Source of the DNA: Octopus vulgaris
Taxonomy: Eukaryota
Assembly: GCA_951406725.2 (NCBI GenBank)
Contig: OX597815.1
Coordinates: 45,508,001 to 45,572,000, forward strand
Direction of reading: 5' to 3'
Length of the DNA: 64,000 bases
The notes under the pieces were generated by a model. That model was not told the DNA's origin. It saw nothing but the letters and a program-made list of their open reading frames with translations, and made no database searches. Shown piece after piece: positions 37,623-49,720 of the stretch (position 1 is its first letter; each line of letters begins with the position of its first letter). The position numbers and the translations under genes are program-made.

Positions 37623-38359
37623 TACATATAATGAATGAAATACATATATTTATACAAGATAGAATAAAAAGGCTTTAATTACAAATTATATTTGTTTCTG
37701 TACAGTGGTAGCAACTCTAAGTTGCTGAGCTTTTCGTCTCATAGCATTACGTTTATCCTAGATACTAGTGAATATATATATATTTATGTATATAATATAC
37801 ATACATAAATACATACGCACTCACACATACACACACACATACATATGTGTGTGTGTGTAAAAGAATACAAAAAAATGGGACAAAGACGCAAAACATCAAG
37901 ACAGAGGATACAAAAAAGGGACAGGAAAAAACAAAGACGGGTCATTCGGAGTTTTCTTTTGTCAGCCAAGTTCCAGATTGGATTTGCAGTTTCGGCTGGT
38001 TATACTCGAGACTACTCCAATCTGGTCAGCCCCAAGGAAAATCTAAGCTAAGATCACTAGATTCCCCGGAAGAAAGCAGCGAACGTATACGAAAACAAGG
38101 ACGAGAAAAAAACGGGGAAATGGTACACAAATACAAACAACAGGTGTCTTTCGACTACACACATACATACATACAATATATATATATATGCGAAACCACG
38201 AGGATGTTGGTCATTGACTGATGAGGAAATCTGCTGCGAATTTTCCGTGTATCGTGTTTTTGTTTAATTTTCCGTTTGTTATGTTTACGTCTAGTTTTCC
38301 TTTTGCTGTGTTTTCGTCTAATGTTTCTCTTTGTTATGTTCTTTCTGTTCAATCCATCC

Positions 38360-38521
38360 ATGGATCAAAACAGCTTGATTCAAATTCCGTGGTACTTAAA
38401 GTTCCCACTTTTGATGCTTATCCTCAGTCATTGGAAATCTGAATTTCCAATAGCTGAGGATAAGCGTCACGCTTTGCAACTTTAAGAACTACAGAATTTG
38501 AATCAAACAGTTTTGATCCAT
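38360..38521. repeat. ~160-nt fold-back inverted repeat
   Basis: Outer arms atggatcaaaacagcttgattcaaattc / gaatttgaatcaaacagttttgatccat; inner arms gcttatcctcagtcattggaaat / atttccaatagctgaggataagc. Confidence 0.9.
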
Positions 38522-38947
38522 ACATGTAACTCCCAATAAATGTGTTGAAGTAACGTTGGGATGTTTTCTCCTCCCTGTTATCTTGATTTCGAATTGTCAT
38601 TGATACTTCTGCAGCTTTGCCTTTCTAGGTAGGGGTGTTGACTGTACGCAAACCCATTTGAACCTCTGGGAACAATTGTCCCTTAGTTTGACTTCTATCC
38701 GTTCACTGTCCAGCATTGGAGGCCCTACTAGGATATTGCGTTCCGATGGCAAAGCTTTCAGGGGCATTGAGGTGCATAGATCACCACTCAGCAACAAAGA
38801 CTGGACTTTGTGGTGGCTGCAGACATAGTACCTTTGGCGACTCATCAAACACATTGCTTCTTTACAGCATACAGCTGAATTAAAGATTATTCCCAACGAT
38901 ACAAATAAGTTAATTGTACTTTTTCATTTGTTCGTATTAATATAAAT

Positions 38948-39028
38948 ATGGTGATCCCTCGACTATCGCAGATGTTACGTTCCAAAACACCCTCGCGATA
39001 GGTGAAACTTCGCAAAGTAGAAACAGTA

Positions 39029-39104
<76 letters not shown>

Positions 39105-39172
39105 TGTGTGTGTGTGTAAGCATAAATGATAAACCGCGATGGGTGAACCGCGATATGGTGAGGGGTTACTAT
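38948..39172. mobile_element. Tigger/pogo-like MITE with internal (TA)n
   Basis: gtgatccctcgactatcgc ... gcgatatggtgaggggttac inverted termini. Confidence 0.55.
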
Positions 39173-39726
39173 ATCACATATGACACGCCTGTCAATCGGC
39201 TCAACTTTCAGTTTCAAAATGAATTTAAAAAATTACCTTATGCTTCATTTTATTGCCAAATTTAGTTGAGTACTGCTGAATATTATTTTACGTTTTTATT
39301 ATACCGAACTTTGCCGACTTCATTTGTTTCGGTTTCTAAATCACTAAGCGAAGCGTCCTACTCAAGATCCCAGCAGTCCGAGAATCGAACCACGACCCTC
39401 GTGAGCCCAACAACCTAATCACTTGACTATGCGTCTTCAACTGTAAAAGCCTAACCTGACTCGTTTTGCTGTAGTCTTTTATTAGCTCAGTACACCAACA
39501 CCTTTTTTATATTAATTCCTTCAAACAGGCCATATCAGTCCCAAAATATTCTGCTTCTTTAATGCTCAAACCGGTCAGATCAGACCTCTCACTCGTACCT
39601 AACAATATCGGTTTAAAAATAAACAATCACATTATTGAAATCTGAAAGCTACAAGACAATGCGTATTTGATTCAAAACAATATGAACAAGAATACTCAGA
39701 GAGCGCAAACCTCCGCCAAAACAACG

Positions 39727-41807
39727 TTCTATTTTCTTTATTATGAGCACATTGGCTCTACGAAGTAGGGACAATACATGGACAGACAACACAACACAGT
39801 GGGGTACATAAAACATAGAACGAATGAAATTATGAATATAATGATATAATGAAAAATGAAATGCCCCTCACACGCAGGTAGTTTCACTTAACTGTTTATG
39901 TATCACTAGCAGTATCGCCCGGCGTTGCTAGGGTTTGTAAGGGAAATAACTATATAAGCATTTTTAGTGAGTTATAGCAAAAAAATAGCAAAAAATGCAT
40001 TAAAAATGGAATAAAAAATGATGGTAATTTTTTTTAATCGTTGACTCATTGTAGACATTTTTAGAGAGTTACTTCCCTTATATAATAGCGAAAAATGCAT
40101 TAAAATGGAATAAAAAATGATGGTAAATTTTTTTTTAAATCGTAGACTCATCGTAGACGCGCGCTAATACCCAGAAGGGCTCGATATGAATCACGACTAT
40201 AAGATACCCGGTTTTGGTTAAACTGCACCGCAAAATGTGGGAGTAGTTAGGAATCTAAATCGAAGGGGACAGACACTCACACAACTACAGTTTTATATAT
40301 ATAGATATATTAACATTACAGTTCATTCTTTTATTTCATCGTTTTTTGTTTGTTTGTTTTAAACGTCATTATTTTGAAATTTTAAATATTTCACTTACTT
40401 TCATATTACATGTATTATATCCTCAAATGCCACCACTGGTGGCATCTCGTCGTATCGAACCTGTATCGGCAATATATCAATTTTTTCACCAAATAGTTCC
40501 TTTAACCTTTCACATCTCTCTCCTTCACTCTCTCAAACAAGACTGCCCTGTCGTCCTCGGTACATTCCCTCCCTAATAACTTGACTAATTATATTTTTCA
40601 TTTTTGTAATCTTCCTCTCGATCTCTACACTCTTTTTATAGGTTATCATCGTCCGAATGTGTTTTGTTTTTGGTACCAATTCCCGTTTTCCGTCGATATT
40701 CTCTCCTGATGTTCCTGGTATTGGTGTCTCATCCTTCTCTGTATCTCTCTTACTCTTTGTTATTGCTATCTCTCTTCTCTCTTCCTTTCTTTTCTGTACA
40801 GTTCTTTCCTCCTTCGTAATTTTCCTATTTGGTATCTCTGGTCTTTCGCATTGATTCTCCTCAATATTTTCTTTTTTCTTTTTCTGTAGACTTTTGGGTG
40901 GTGAATTAACGTTTTCTTTTTTCTTTTTCCAACTGTATATTTTTCTCCTACATTTTCTATTTTTTCACTTACTTGCATTTGTATCTCCGCTTTTTGTTCC
41001 TCTTCCTGCTTCTCTTGTTCTACTTCCATTTCTTGTTGCTGGGAACACCTTGCTTTCATGCGTCCCCTTACTACACAAAGAAAACATACCGGCGGTCTTC
41101 CTTCCACCATTATCCTCAACCTTAATTCGTCCGGCACCAGCCACGCCTCATCAATTTCTGAGGGCACTCTACCTATTCTTACTCTGGCCGCACGTTTGCC
41201 ACAGTAAGTAGGTAGCAGTGCTCACTCAGCTGATCTCAAAGGCATAGTGGATTGTTTTCTCGCTTCTTCTTCGCTTACGAAGCGTACCTCCACTGTGCCG
41301 TATTTCTTCCCTCTCGTGTAATACGTCGTTATATTCTTTATCACTCGTAGACATTCCTCTGCCGCTTTCTCCGCTGTTACTTCAACTTTTTTTGTTGTCA
41401 CATTCAACGTTCTATAAATAACTATCATTTTTTCATTTTTTTCAAGTATTTCTTTAGGGGGCGTCAACCTCAGACTTTCTCCCTCGATCTCCAGCACACC
41501 GTTGTATTTTTTAAAATTCTTCTTTAATTCGATTGCATGGGCCTGCAGTACCTCTACTGACAGGCGTTTGCCGGTCACCGCAGCGTAACTCCCCGTTGGT
41601 TTACTTTCTATGACAGTATTATTCATAACTTCACCCATAAATGGGGAAGAAAAAGTAAAAGCCAGTTAACAACAACAATTTCAACAATTCCAGTTAATAA
41701 CAGTTCAACAACTGAGTAAATTAACAATACAATACAACAAATTCACGTGGAGCGAAGACACTTCTGACACAGCTCGGAATCAAATGATCCGAAAAACAAC
41801 TCTAATG
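39727..41807 (-). mobile_element. ORF1-only L1/Tx1-like retroelement, copy 1
   Basis: ORFs 41222..41638 and 40766..41167 (VEGRPPVCFLC..RGRMKARC, degenerate CCHC); A-rich 3' end aataaagaaaata; candidate TSD acaacg. Confidence 0.75.
39906..40305 (-). mobile_element. Short non-autonomous Helitron
   Basis: A|TC tatatatataaaactgtagttgtg 5' end; ccctagcaacgccgggcgatactgCTAG|T 3' end; same family as 48817-49720. Confidence 0.9.
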
Positions 41808-42010
41808 ACAACGCCGACGACCTCTCAACGATTAGCCAGGGATGATTTTTAAAATGAGACTATCTGAAATAAACTCGACTGCTCTCACAAACAAGAATAT
41901 TAAAAGTGAACCCGACCGCTCTTAAAAATTAAATTTTTAAAAAAAAGCAGGAAAAATAATCAGAATCCTTGTCCGATACCGATAGATCCCAAAGTCTAAC
42001 CAGTTAGTGC

Positions 42011-42732
42011 GTTTGTGAAAATATCGAGTGTCGTGTACTGCTTTGCAGCGGTTTAGGTGTTTACGTATATTTGTTTGTTCTTTCTCTTCTCGTAAAAGGA
42101 GGGATAGCCTGGTAAAGGACGGCGGGAGAATGTGATACCTTCTCGGACATATCATCGTCCGAAGAGGAGTTGCAAGAGGCAGTCCAGATAATGGACTATA
42201 AACTAAAGATGGAGAACACGAATTTTGCTGAGGCAGCAAGGCGTAAGGAAACTGGATTAAACATTGAAGAACTAGGAAAGCACAAAAACAAAATGAACCG
42301 AGGTGGGTTCAAAGTAAAGCCGACACCCCAACAGGAAATTAAAAAAAACGGAATTAAAGAAAAAAAAACCATTAGCTATCGAACATTTTAGATAAGTAAA
42401 GGAAAAATCGATGTCGTAACAACAGAACAAGTAGAAAAGGCGTTAAGGCCGATTTGGGGCGCCATAGTATACTTAGCAAGAAGTATACTTAACAGGAAGT
42501 TGGTGTTAAAGACAGGGCTCATGGGGTCGAAGCATACCTGTTTCGAACACCTCACCTTGTAAATTATTGTTTGTAATTTGTTGTTTGTATTTTACTGTTT
42601 GTAATTTATTGTGTTGTAACTCATTCGATTTCATTATACTAGTAAAATTTTATTATATCATCCGTTTGTATGTGACCCAGGCCATGTTGTGTTGTCCCCT
42701 CTATGTTGGCCCGCATGGGTAATAAAAAAAAA
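42011..42732 (+). mobile_element. ORF1-only L1/Tx1-like retroelement, copy 2 (internally deleted)
   Basis: MENTNFAEAAR...KGKIDVVTTEQVEKALRPIW is homologous to copy 3; 3' end cctctatgttggcccgcatgggtaataaaaaaaaa. Confidence 0.75.
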
Positions 42733-42772
42733 CAGATGCTAACCTGATGCTAAAAGTCTAACCAGTTCGTGC

Positions 42773-44458
42773 GAGTGCAGTAGTTTTTTTTCTTGGTATT
42801 TTTTGTCTGTTGAGTTGCTTTTGTGGGGTTTTGATTGTTGTGTGATGCTTTGCAGTAATTTGTTCGTGCTTTCTCTCAGCGAGAGTTAGCGATGACTGAC
42901 AAAAGGAATTTGTTTTACTCAGACCTTAGCAGGTCGGAGTTGTCAACATCGGCGGAAGAACTTTTGAGGTCTATTGATGTTATGGACGAGAAATTGGAAG
43001 CAAGAAAGAGGAAGTTCGCGGACGTCGCCCGAGAGTCGGGTGACAATGTGGAGATAGAAATAGGCAAATTCAAGAAATTATTACAACGCGCAAGTACCCC
43101 TCCCTCACGCCGCATGAACCAACAAAAATAATGAAAAGAAGAACGGTGATGTACAAAGCCTACTCGGTTAAGAAAGGCAAAATTGACCACATGACAACAG
43201 AGCAAGTAGAGAAGGTGCTGAGGCCAGTCTGGCAAGAAATAACATACCTTGCCAGAGGGGCGAAATTTGGAGAAGTCGACTCAGGTACAAAAATGAAAAT
43301 ACGGCGATAAAACACGCGGCAACACCTCTAAGGGACGAAGAGTCAGTACTTGTACCCACGTACCTGGGACAGAGAGCGTCTCGGGTAAGGGTGGAAGGAA
43401 TCCCACCAGAGATAGATGTGGCCTGGAGAGCGGCTGCTGTCTTGGCTGAAACCGAGGACAAAATAGCGGTGCTCCAGGCCACGAAAATGAAAATGAAAAT
43501 GAAAAGCGTGAATTGGAAAAGCCAAGTTTTGAATATGATCATTCAAGGTTCAAATGAGGCAATAGAAGAAATGGTGGAAACGGTGACTGTAAACGATACC
43601 ATAATGAATGTAAGGGTGGAGGGCAGAATACCTCACAGTTTCAAATGTGGCCAGAAGGGCCACATAAGAGCGAAGTGCCCTCCACCGGATAAAAGAATAG
43701 AGAAAATACTGGAGAAGGGCCGTAAGGAGAAGACACACGAGAGGCCCTAGGAAGGACAAGAGGAGGAAGAAATGGTTCCAGAAAAAGAGGAAGAATGGGG
43801 AAAGGCGGGAAAAAGAAAGAATAGGAAGAGGAAAAAAACAAGGCCCATATACACGGAACTTCACCCAACAACTACCCAAGGCTCACCCATACCCTCTTTC
43901 TCCCACCCTCGCTCTGCAGACACTGAGCCTTCTCATTCCCCTCCATCACAAAAACAAAAGAAAAAATCGCATTCACACAACGACTCACAAATATCCCCTC
44001 CCTGTTTTGCGTGTATAATATATGATGAGGACCTGTTTGATAAGGCAATTGAATGGGAGAATACAGTACATATTGATGTAGAGGATGAGGACGGAGTGGA
44101 CGGTGTGGTACTATTATTAACAGAACAGCAAAGGATGGAAATAGAGAGGCACAACGGGGAGTATGAACTGTGGAAAAGCTTTGACAAGGAAAAACTTGAC
44201 TTTGACAAAGAAAAGCTTCCACAGAGTATTAAATTTAATGAAATGAAAAAGAGGTATAACTTAAATATAATGGAGAACAGGAGAAAGGAGGCAAGTGATG
44301 TTACTTGATGGAGCAGGTAACACCATTTTCATTTTTTTCATTTTTTCATCTTTCATTATATCATACGTTTCATTTTTATTTTATTTTTTGTAATTGTTGC
44401 ATGTCCCCAATGTAATGCATGACCCTCTATGTTGGTCCTTTATGGGTAATAAAAAAAA
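42773..44458 (+). mobile_element. ORF1-only L1/Tx1-like retroelement, copy 3
   Basis: One disrupted ORF 42892-44308 with zinc-knuckle remnant (VEGRIPHSFKCGQKGHIRAKCP), no RT or endonuclease; 3' end cctctatgttggtcctttatgggtaataaaaaaaa. Confidence 0.8.
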
Positions 44459-45019
44459 CAGATCCCAAAATCCAATCACTTCGTGCCTGTCACGAGGCCA
44501 AACATCCCTGTAAGTTTCATTCGAATCCATCCAGTAGTTCTTGAGATATCTTGTCCACGGACAAATAAACACGACTAAAAACAATACCTCCGCTTTCGCT
44601 AAGGCGGAGATAATAAATAAGCATTATATTTAACAGTTATCTGAACGCTAAAGATAATCAGTATAAAATTACCATCATAGTTCCCACTTTTATTCACAAT
44701 GTTTTACCCTAATTCCACTAATGTAATGTCTCTTTTATGAACTCTTATTTACTCTACAAACTTCTTTATATGAAAATGTCAGATAACCTCTATTTTAACT
44801 CCACTCACCTTCCAAATTTATGCAATGGCATTCATTTTTCTGGTTCTTTTACGCTTTTATTAATCAACGATATCTTCAGAATAGAAAAAACGTAAGCATC
44901 TGTTACATCTAATTGAATAATGCATTGAAATTTTAAATTCATTGCCAGGAATTATTTGAATAAGTTAAGTCGTACAGAAGAGTAAATTCTCATAATTTGA
45001 CAAAACATGTTTTACGTAC

Positions 45020-45210
45020 CGGCAAAATAGTTAGCACGTGAGGTCAAATACTTAGCGGCATTGTGCCTGTCTCTACGTTCTGAGTTCAAATTCCACCGAG
45101 GTCGACATTGCCTTTCATCCTTTCGGGGTCAATAAAATAAGTACCAGTTGAGCAATGTAATCAATTTATCCCCTTCCCCGAAATTACTGGCTTTGTACCA
45201 AAATTTGAAG
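45020..45210 (+). mobile_element. SINE family B
   Basis: gagttcaaattccaccgaggtcgacattgcctttcatcctttcggggtcaataaaataagtaccag. Confidence 0.85.
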
Positions 45211-46398
45211 TCAATTCTCGCAGATTTGCTTGGTAATTCATTCTTTCCTGTGTCATCGTACCCCTCAAGAAGCTTGCGTTGGGATTTAGTTTTCGAAAAG
45301 ATTTCTCTGTGATGTACAGAATATTCGCTGTGCAATAACATAAATCTGGGAAAAGTTTGATATACATTTTGGGGTACTACAAAATTATGAAAGAGAAACA
45401 CGAACCCCGAAGGCAGAGAGCCCAAACAAGTACCAAGTCCTACACTCTAACGAACCCTATCAATTCGCAGTCTTATTTTAAATATTGGTAATAAAGGCAC
45501 TACGTGCGATTATATTGGAATCCCACTTAATTGGTAACATTCAATTAAAGTCACCATTACACAGCACTACACTCACGAGCACGCAGATGTTGGCGAAAGA
45601 TGGAGATTCTATCAGACGCGAAAGCGCAGACGCTCCAGTCTGAACAGATGCAGCTCGGAACTAAGCACAACAGTTAAGCAATAGTAAATCATGAGATGAT
45701 GTGAGCGTTCTCCGCCTCCTCTTGACCATTCAGGGATAGCATTCTCTCAGCCCATATTCGGATGAGTCTGAGTAGTCAGTCTTGACTGGACCCTCGTGCC
45801 AGCAACAGACGTTGGTTAACCTAAACCTTGAATTTCCTGGTGTCTAGTTGCAAGCCTACTGGTTTTTCCTCGTTAATGCGTGCTCCTGTTACCAGTGTAT
45901 TCTTTCAATATGATGCCAGTTTCTGAGATGTTTTACACAGCGGTGACGTCTTCCGTGTATATAAGACTAAGGGCTCTTATATCCTTATTGGAGCACAGTG
46001 CTCCTTAATATAGCATTGTAATGAGTCATGAACCAGAGCACACATAGGTAATGGGAGGAGACATTCTTTAACGCTTGACAGACCGAGCGTGTAATTTGGA
46101 ACGGTTCCTATCGGTGGTCATTTAGTCTTACCCTCGAGCAGAAGCCATTATACACAGAAGAGAAAACGGAACAGAAAAATAGCTGCAAATAAGAAAGTAG
46201 CTTGATAACAATGGATAATCCTATCGGACGCTTTAAACGGGTCAAAATTTATTAAAGCACCACTGGAACTAGATCAAAGTCGTTTTCGCGGTGATCTTTA
46301 AGTCTTTTCGTATACCAGAAAGTAAATTATCTAATCTCCCTCATATTATACTTTACCAACTGGAATATTATTTGTTTACAGTCATACAATATTAAAAT

Positions 46399-46918
46399 AA
46401 TAATAAATCTCTGAACGAGATGGATGACCTCTCTTTGCAAATACCATAAGAGCACAGAGAGTGTGACTAAAGCCAGCTGGAGACGATGATCTCCTAGGGC
46501 TAAAAGCTACAGTAACACCCACCCTTAGTGGTTAGCCATATTGAGATGGCTATTATACTTTACGTTGTCGAGCAGTTACTGTTTACATCTCGTTCAGAGA
46601 TTTATTATTGCTTGCAGACAGTTTTTCGAAATTAGTGACGGAAGTTACTAGAAAAACAATAAGTATTTGCAAACATGTCTCCCTTCATCGTAAACCGGTG
46701 ATTGCCGTACGCCGAAGACAGGCAAATACCTAGAAACTGCAGTCCGTGCGTATCACTTACGTTTACGAGAGAGGGATGACCTCCCTTTGCAAATACCATA
46801 AGTGCACAGAAAGTGTGCCTAAAGCCAGCTGGAGACGATGATCTCCTGGGGCTACAACCTACAGTAACACCCACCCTTAGTGGTTAGCCATATTGAGATG
46901 GCTAGTATACTTTACGTT
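46399..46918. repeat. 145-bp direct duplication, first copy bracketed by perfect 24-bp inverted repeats
   Basis: Copies at 46422-46566 and 46774-46918; IR aataataaatctctgaacgagatg at 46399-46422 and 46586-46609. Confidence 0.9.
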
Positions 46919-47154
46919 AATATTAAAATAGATCCGAAGCTTAACAATTTACAACAATACTCACTTGTTGCAGTGCTACCCTCATCCAAAACTTCTTCAC
47001 CAGCTGGACCATATAAGCGGGGATTAGCATGAAATATTCATTCTTGCCGTTTCATCTATCTTTCTAAAGGAATCACACTCCACTGTTTCGTTTTGTTTGG
47101 TACGAGTGACGAAACCGCACGTTCCTGCAAAGGGTCTTTAAGTACTTCCCTTTC

Positions 47155-47312
47155 TACGAGGGGGCGCTGAAAAGATCTTAGATTTAAGGGTATCGCGAAA
47201 GGCCTGGTTGGAAGCCCAACCTTCCGAGTTCTTTTACAGGGCTTAGAAAAACTAATGGAATCTGAGAGGGGAATATGTTGGAGAAGATCATAAATAACTG
47301 ATCCTCCTGTAT
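47155..47312. mobile_element. Partial mariner-type MITE
   Basis: tacgagggggcgctgaaaag terminus; body is the reverse complement of 2968-3160. Confidence 0.7.
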
Positions 47313-48279
47313 TTTCTAACCATTTCGTCCGGCGTGCTAATGATTCTGCCAACTCGCCGCCCTATTAGAAAGCTACTGCTGCTGATGCTTTTACTGATAG
47401 TAGATGTTTACTATATTGGTGTATCTCAGGCAACAATAGTTGTGGTCTAGTTCAGAGAGACAACAGAGTAACACCGTTTGTTAGAGAGGTTGGGAAAGTG
47501 AAAAGGGAAAGTAAAGTGTAGTGCCGGAAAGAAATAGGGGACGTAAGCTAAGATAAGTTAGTACGGGTATGAGTTAAGGCACTTGCAAACGTGATAGGAG
47601 GGGATGACAGGAGGAATGAACAGGTAGAAGAAAGTGACAATTGAGAAATGGATCTAGTTAGATTTTCAGATTTTCAGATTTTTTTACTTCCTTTTAAAAA
47701 ATCCAGATTTGGTGAATCAGTTTAACTAGATCCTGAGAAATTAGCAATTAGTGATGGAGAAACGAAAAGCTAAAAATGATATAAAAGACGACAAAATGCT
47801 GAGAAGCTGAGGTAATGTGAAAAGTTGAGGTTTTAATAGATTACATGAACTGTGGGGAGACCCTTGGATATCCTCATTTAAAACTCCAGAAAGGTTTTTT
47901 TTTTTCCAAGTAATTATTTTTAAAGTGTCAGCTGAAACTAATTTGATGGAAACGGTGGAGTATTAGCGTTGCTACGGGTGTTCGCGGCAATAGCTACGCG
48001 CAAGCAGTCACTCGTCTTTCAACGTTGACGATGGAGGAGTTAATATTATTCGTGGTAGCGTGATGTGATGTTGCCTTCACTACTGTCAGCAGTTTTGCTG
48101 TTGTTGCTAGTGACACTAAAGTGGTGGAAGTAGGCTGGCAGTAATCGTGTTGTTACTCGCGCTTCTCACCACCATCTCTTTTTCACTTCTCCGTTTTCAG
48201 TTGCTACCACAATGAGCGCCAATGTTTGTAAATTTAAAAAGGAAAATTTTTCCTAGAGGAAATGAAAAAGTGAACTGAC

Positions 48280-48285
48280 TCTCTT

Positions 48286-48362
<77 letters not shown>
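48280..48362. repeat. (CT)n microsatellite
   Basis: Direct observation. Confidence 0.95.
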
Positions 48363-48363
<1 letters not shown>

Positions 48364-48816
48364 GCTCTGCATCTGAGGTCTGTTGAATAATACAATGATT
48401 GATAATAGAAAATACAAGATCTTCAATCAAGTAAAATCAGTAGTAATTCAAGAAAATTTCCTCCAGAAATTAAAAGACATGGTACACTGATAAAGCACAA
48501 TAGTTATAATAATTTACAGCAGTCTAGATTTACAGATATATTACAACAGAAAGTTTTAAATTCAAAGACTAATTAGTAATGAATCTTTAAAATTGTAAGT
48601 ATCAAATAACATATACTATTTGATACTTAGAATTGTTTATGATATCTGTGTTATGATATCCTAGTTTTGGCTAATGGAATATTTTTATATAGTTATCTAG
48701 AGTGATAAAACAAACAACGATTTTTGGTATGTATAGTGTCAAGTATGTATCAAGCATGTATTTTGGTACGCATATTATTGAATGAGTTTCTTTCAATGCT
48801 ATCAAGTCAAGCTATA

Positions 48817-49322
48817 TCTATATATATAAAACTGTAGTTGTGTGAGTGTCTGTCCCCTTCGATTTAGATTCCTAACTCCTCCCACATTTTGCGGTGCAGT
48901 TTAACCAAATTCGGGTATCTTATAGTCGTGATTCATATCGAGCCCGTCTGACTATTAGCGCGCGTCAACGATGAGTCTACGATTTTAAAAATAATTTAAC
49001 ATCATTTTTTATTCCATTTTAATGCATAAAATGCATCGTATGTCGATGGCGGCGGAGCTGGCGTCCACGCTCACAGCTGCACCTGTTTGCTTCTCCCCCT
49101 TCCCTCCCTCGTGAAGCTGTGGGGAAGGGAGTGTAAAGAAATCAACGTCGTAATGCGTTGTGAAGGAAACCAGCGTTCTTTTAGAATAACGACTTCATGG
49201 CTTGAAGACACCAAAACAAAAATGGCTAAGAAAGCCCGAATTTATAAGGGAAGTAACTCTCTAAAAATGCTTATATAGTTATTTCCCTTACAAACCCGAG
49301 CAACGCCGGGCGATACTGCTAG
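48817..49322 (+). mobile_element. Non-autonomous Helitron with extra internal segment
   Basis: A|TC start; cccgagcaacgccgggcgatactgCTAG end; GC-richer segment ~49030-49245 is absent from sister copies. Confidence 0.9.
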
Positions 49323-49720
49323 TCTTTATATATAAAAGTGAAGTTGTGTGAGTGTCTTTCTCCTACGATTTAGATTCTTAACTACTCCCACATTTTGCGG
49401 TGCAGTTTAACCAAAAGCAGGTATCGTATAGTCGTGATTAATATCGAGCCCTTCTGGGTATTAGCACGCGTCTACGATGAGTCTACGATTTTAAAGATAA
49501 TTTACCATTTTTTTCCATTTTAATGCATTTTTTCGCTTTTATATAAGGGAAGTAACTCTCTAAAAATGTCTACGATGAGTCAACGATTTAAAAAAAAATT
49601 TACCATAATTTTTTTTCCATTTTTGATGCATTTTTTGCTGTTTTTTGGCTATTACTCTCTAAAAATGCTTATATAGTTATTTCCCTTAAAAACCCGAGCA
49701 ACGCCGGGCGATACTGCTAG
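49323..49720 (+). mobile_element. Non-autonomous Helitron joined head-to-tail to the previous one
   Basis: TC start immediately after CTAG; same 3' hairpin and CTAG|T. Confidence 0.9.

Larger units (their letters stand above)
39686..44613 (-). mobile_element. Helentron-associated non-autonomous element (HINE/DINE-1-like), expanded by nested insertions
   Basis: Minus-strand 5' end ctccgccttagcgaaagcggaggt (subTIR plus IR); 3' end ggcggaggtttgcgctctctgagtattcttgtt (subTIR plus terminal stem-loop, TT context). Confidence 0.7.

Noticed and set aside
37860-38155. Possible further hammerhead (ggctg...ccagccGAAAc on the minus strand)
   Set aside because: No CUGANGA core is correctly placed before the stem. 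At most a decayed pseudo-LTR.
46964-47065. Candidate minus-strand exon ending at a GTGAGT donor (MLIPAYMVQLVKKFWMRVALQQ)
   Set aside because: No recognisable homology, stops in all frames just upstream, and no partner exons. A non-coding exon cannot be excluded.
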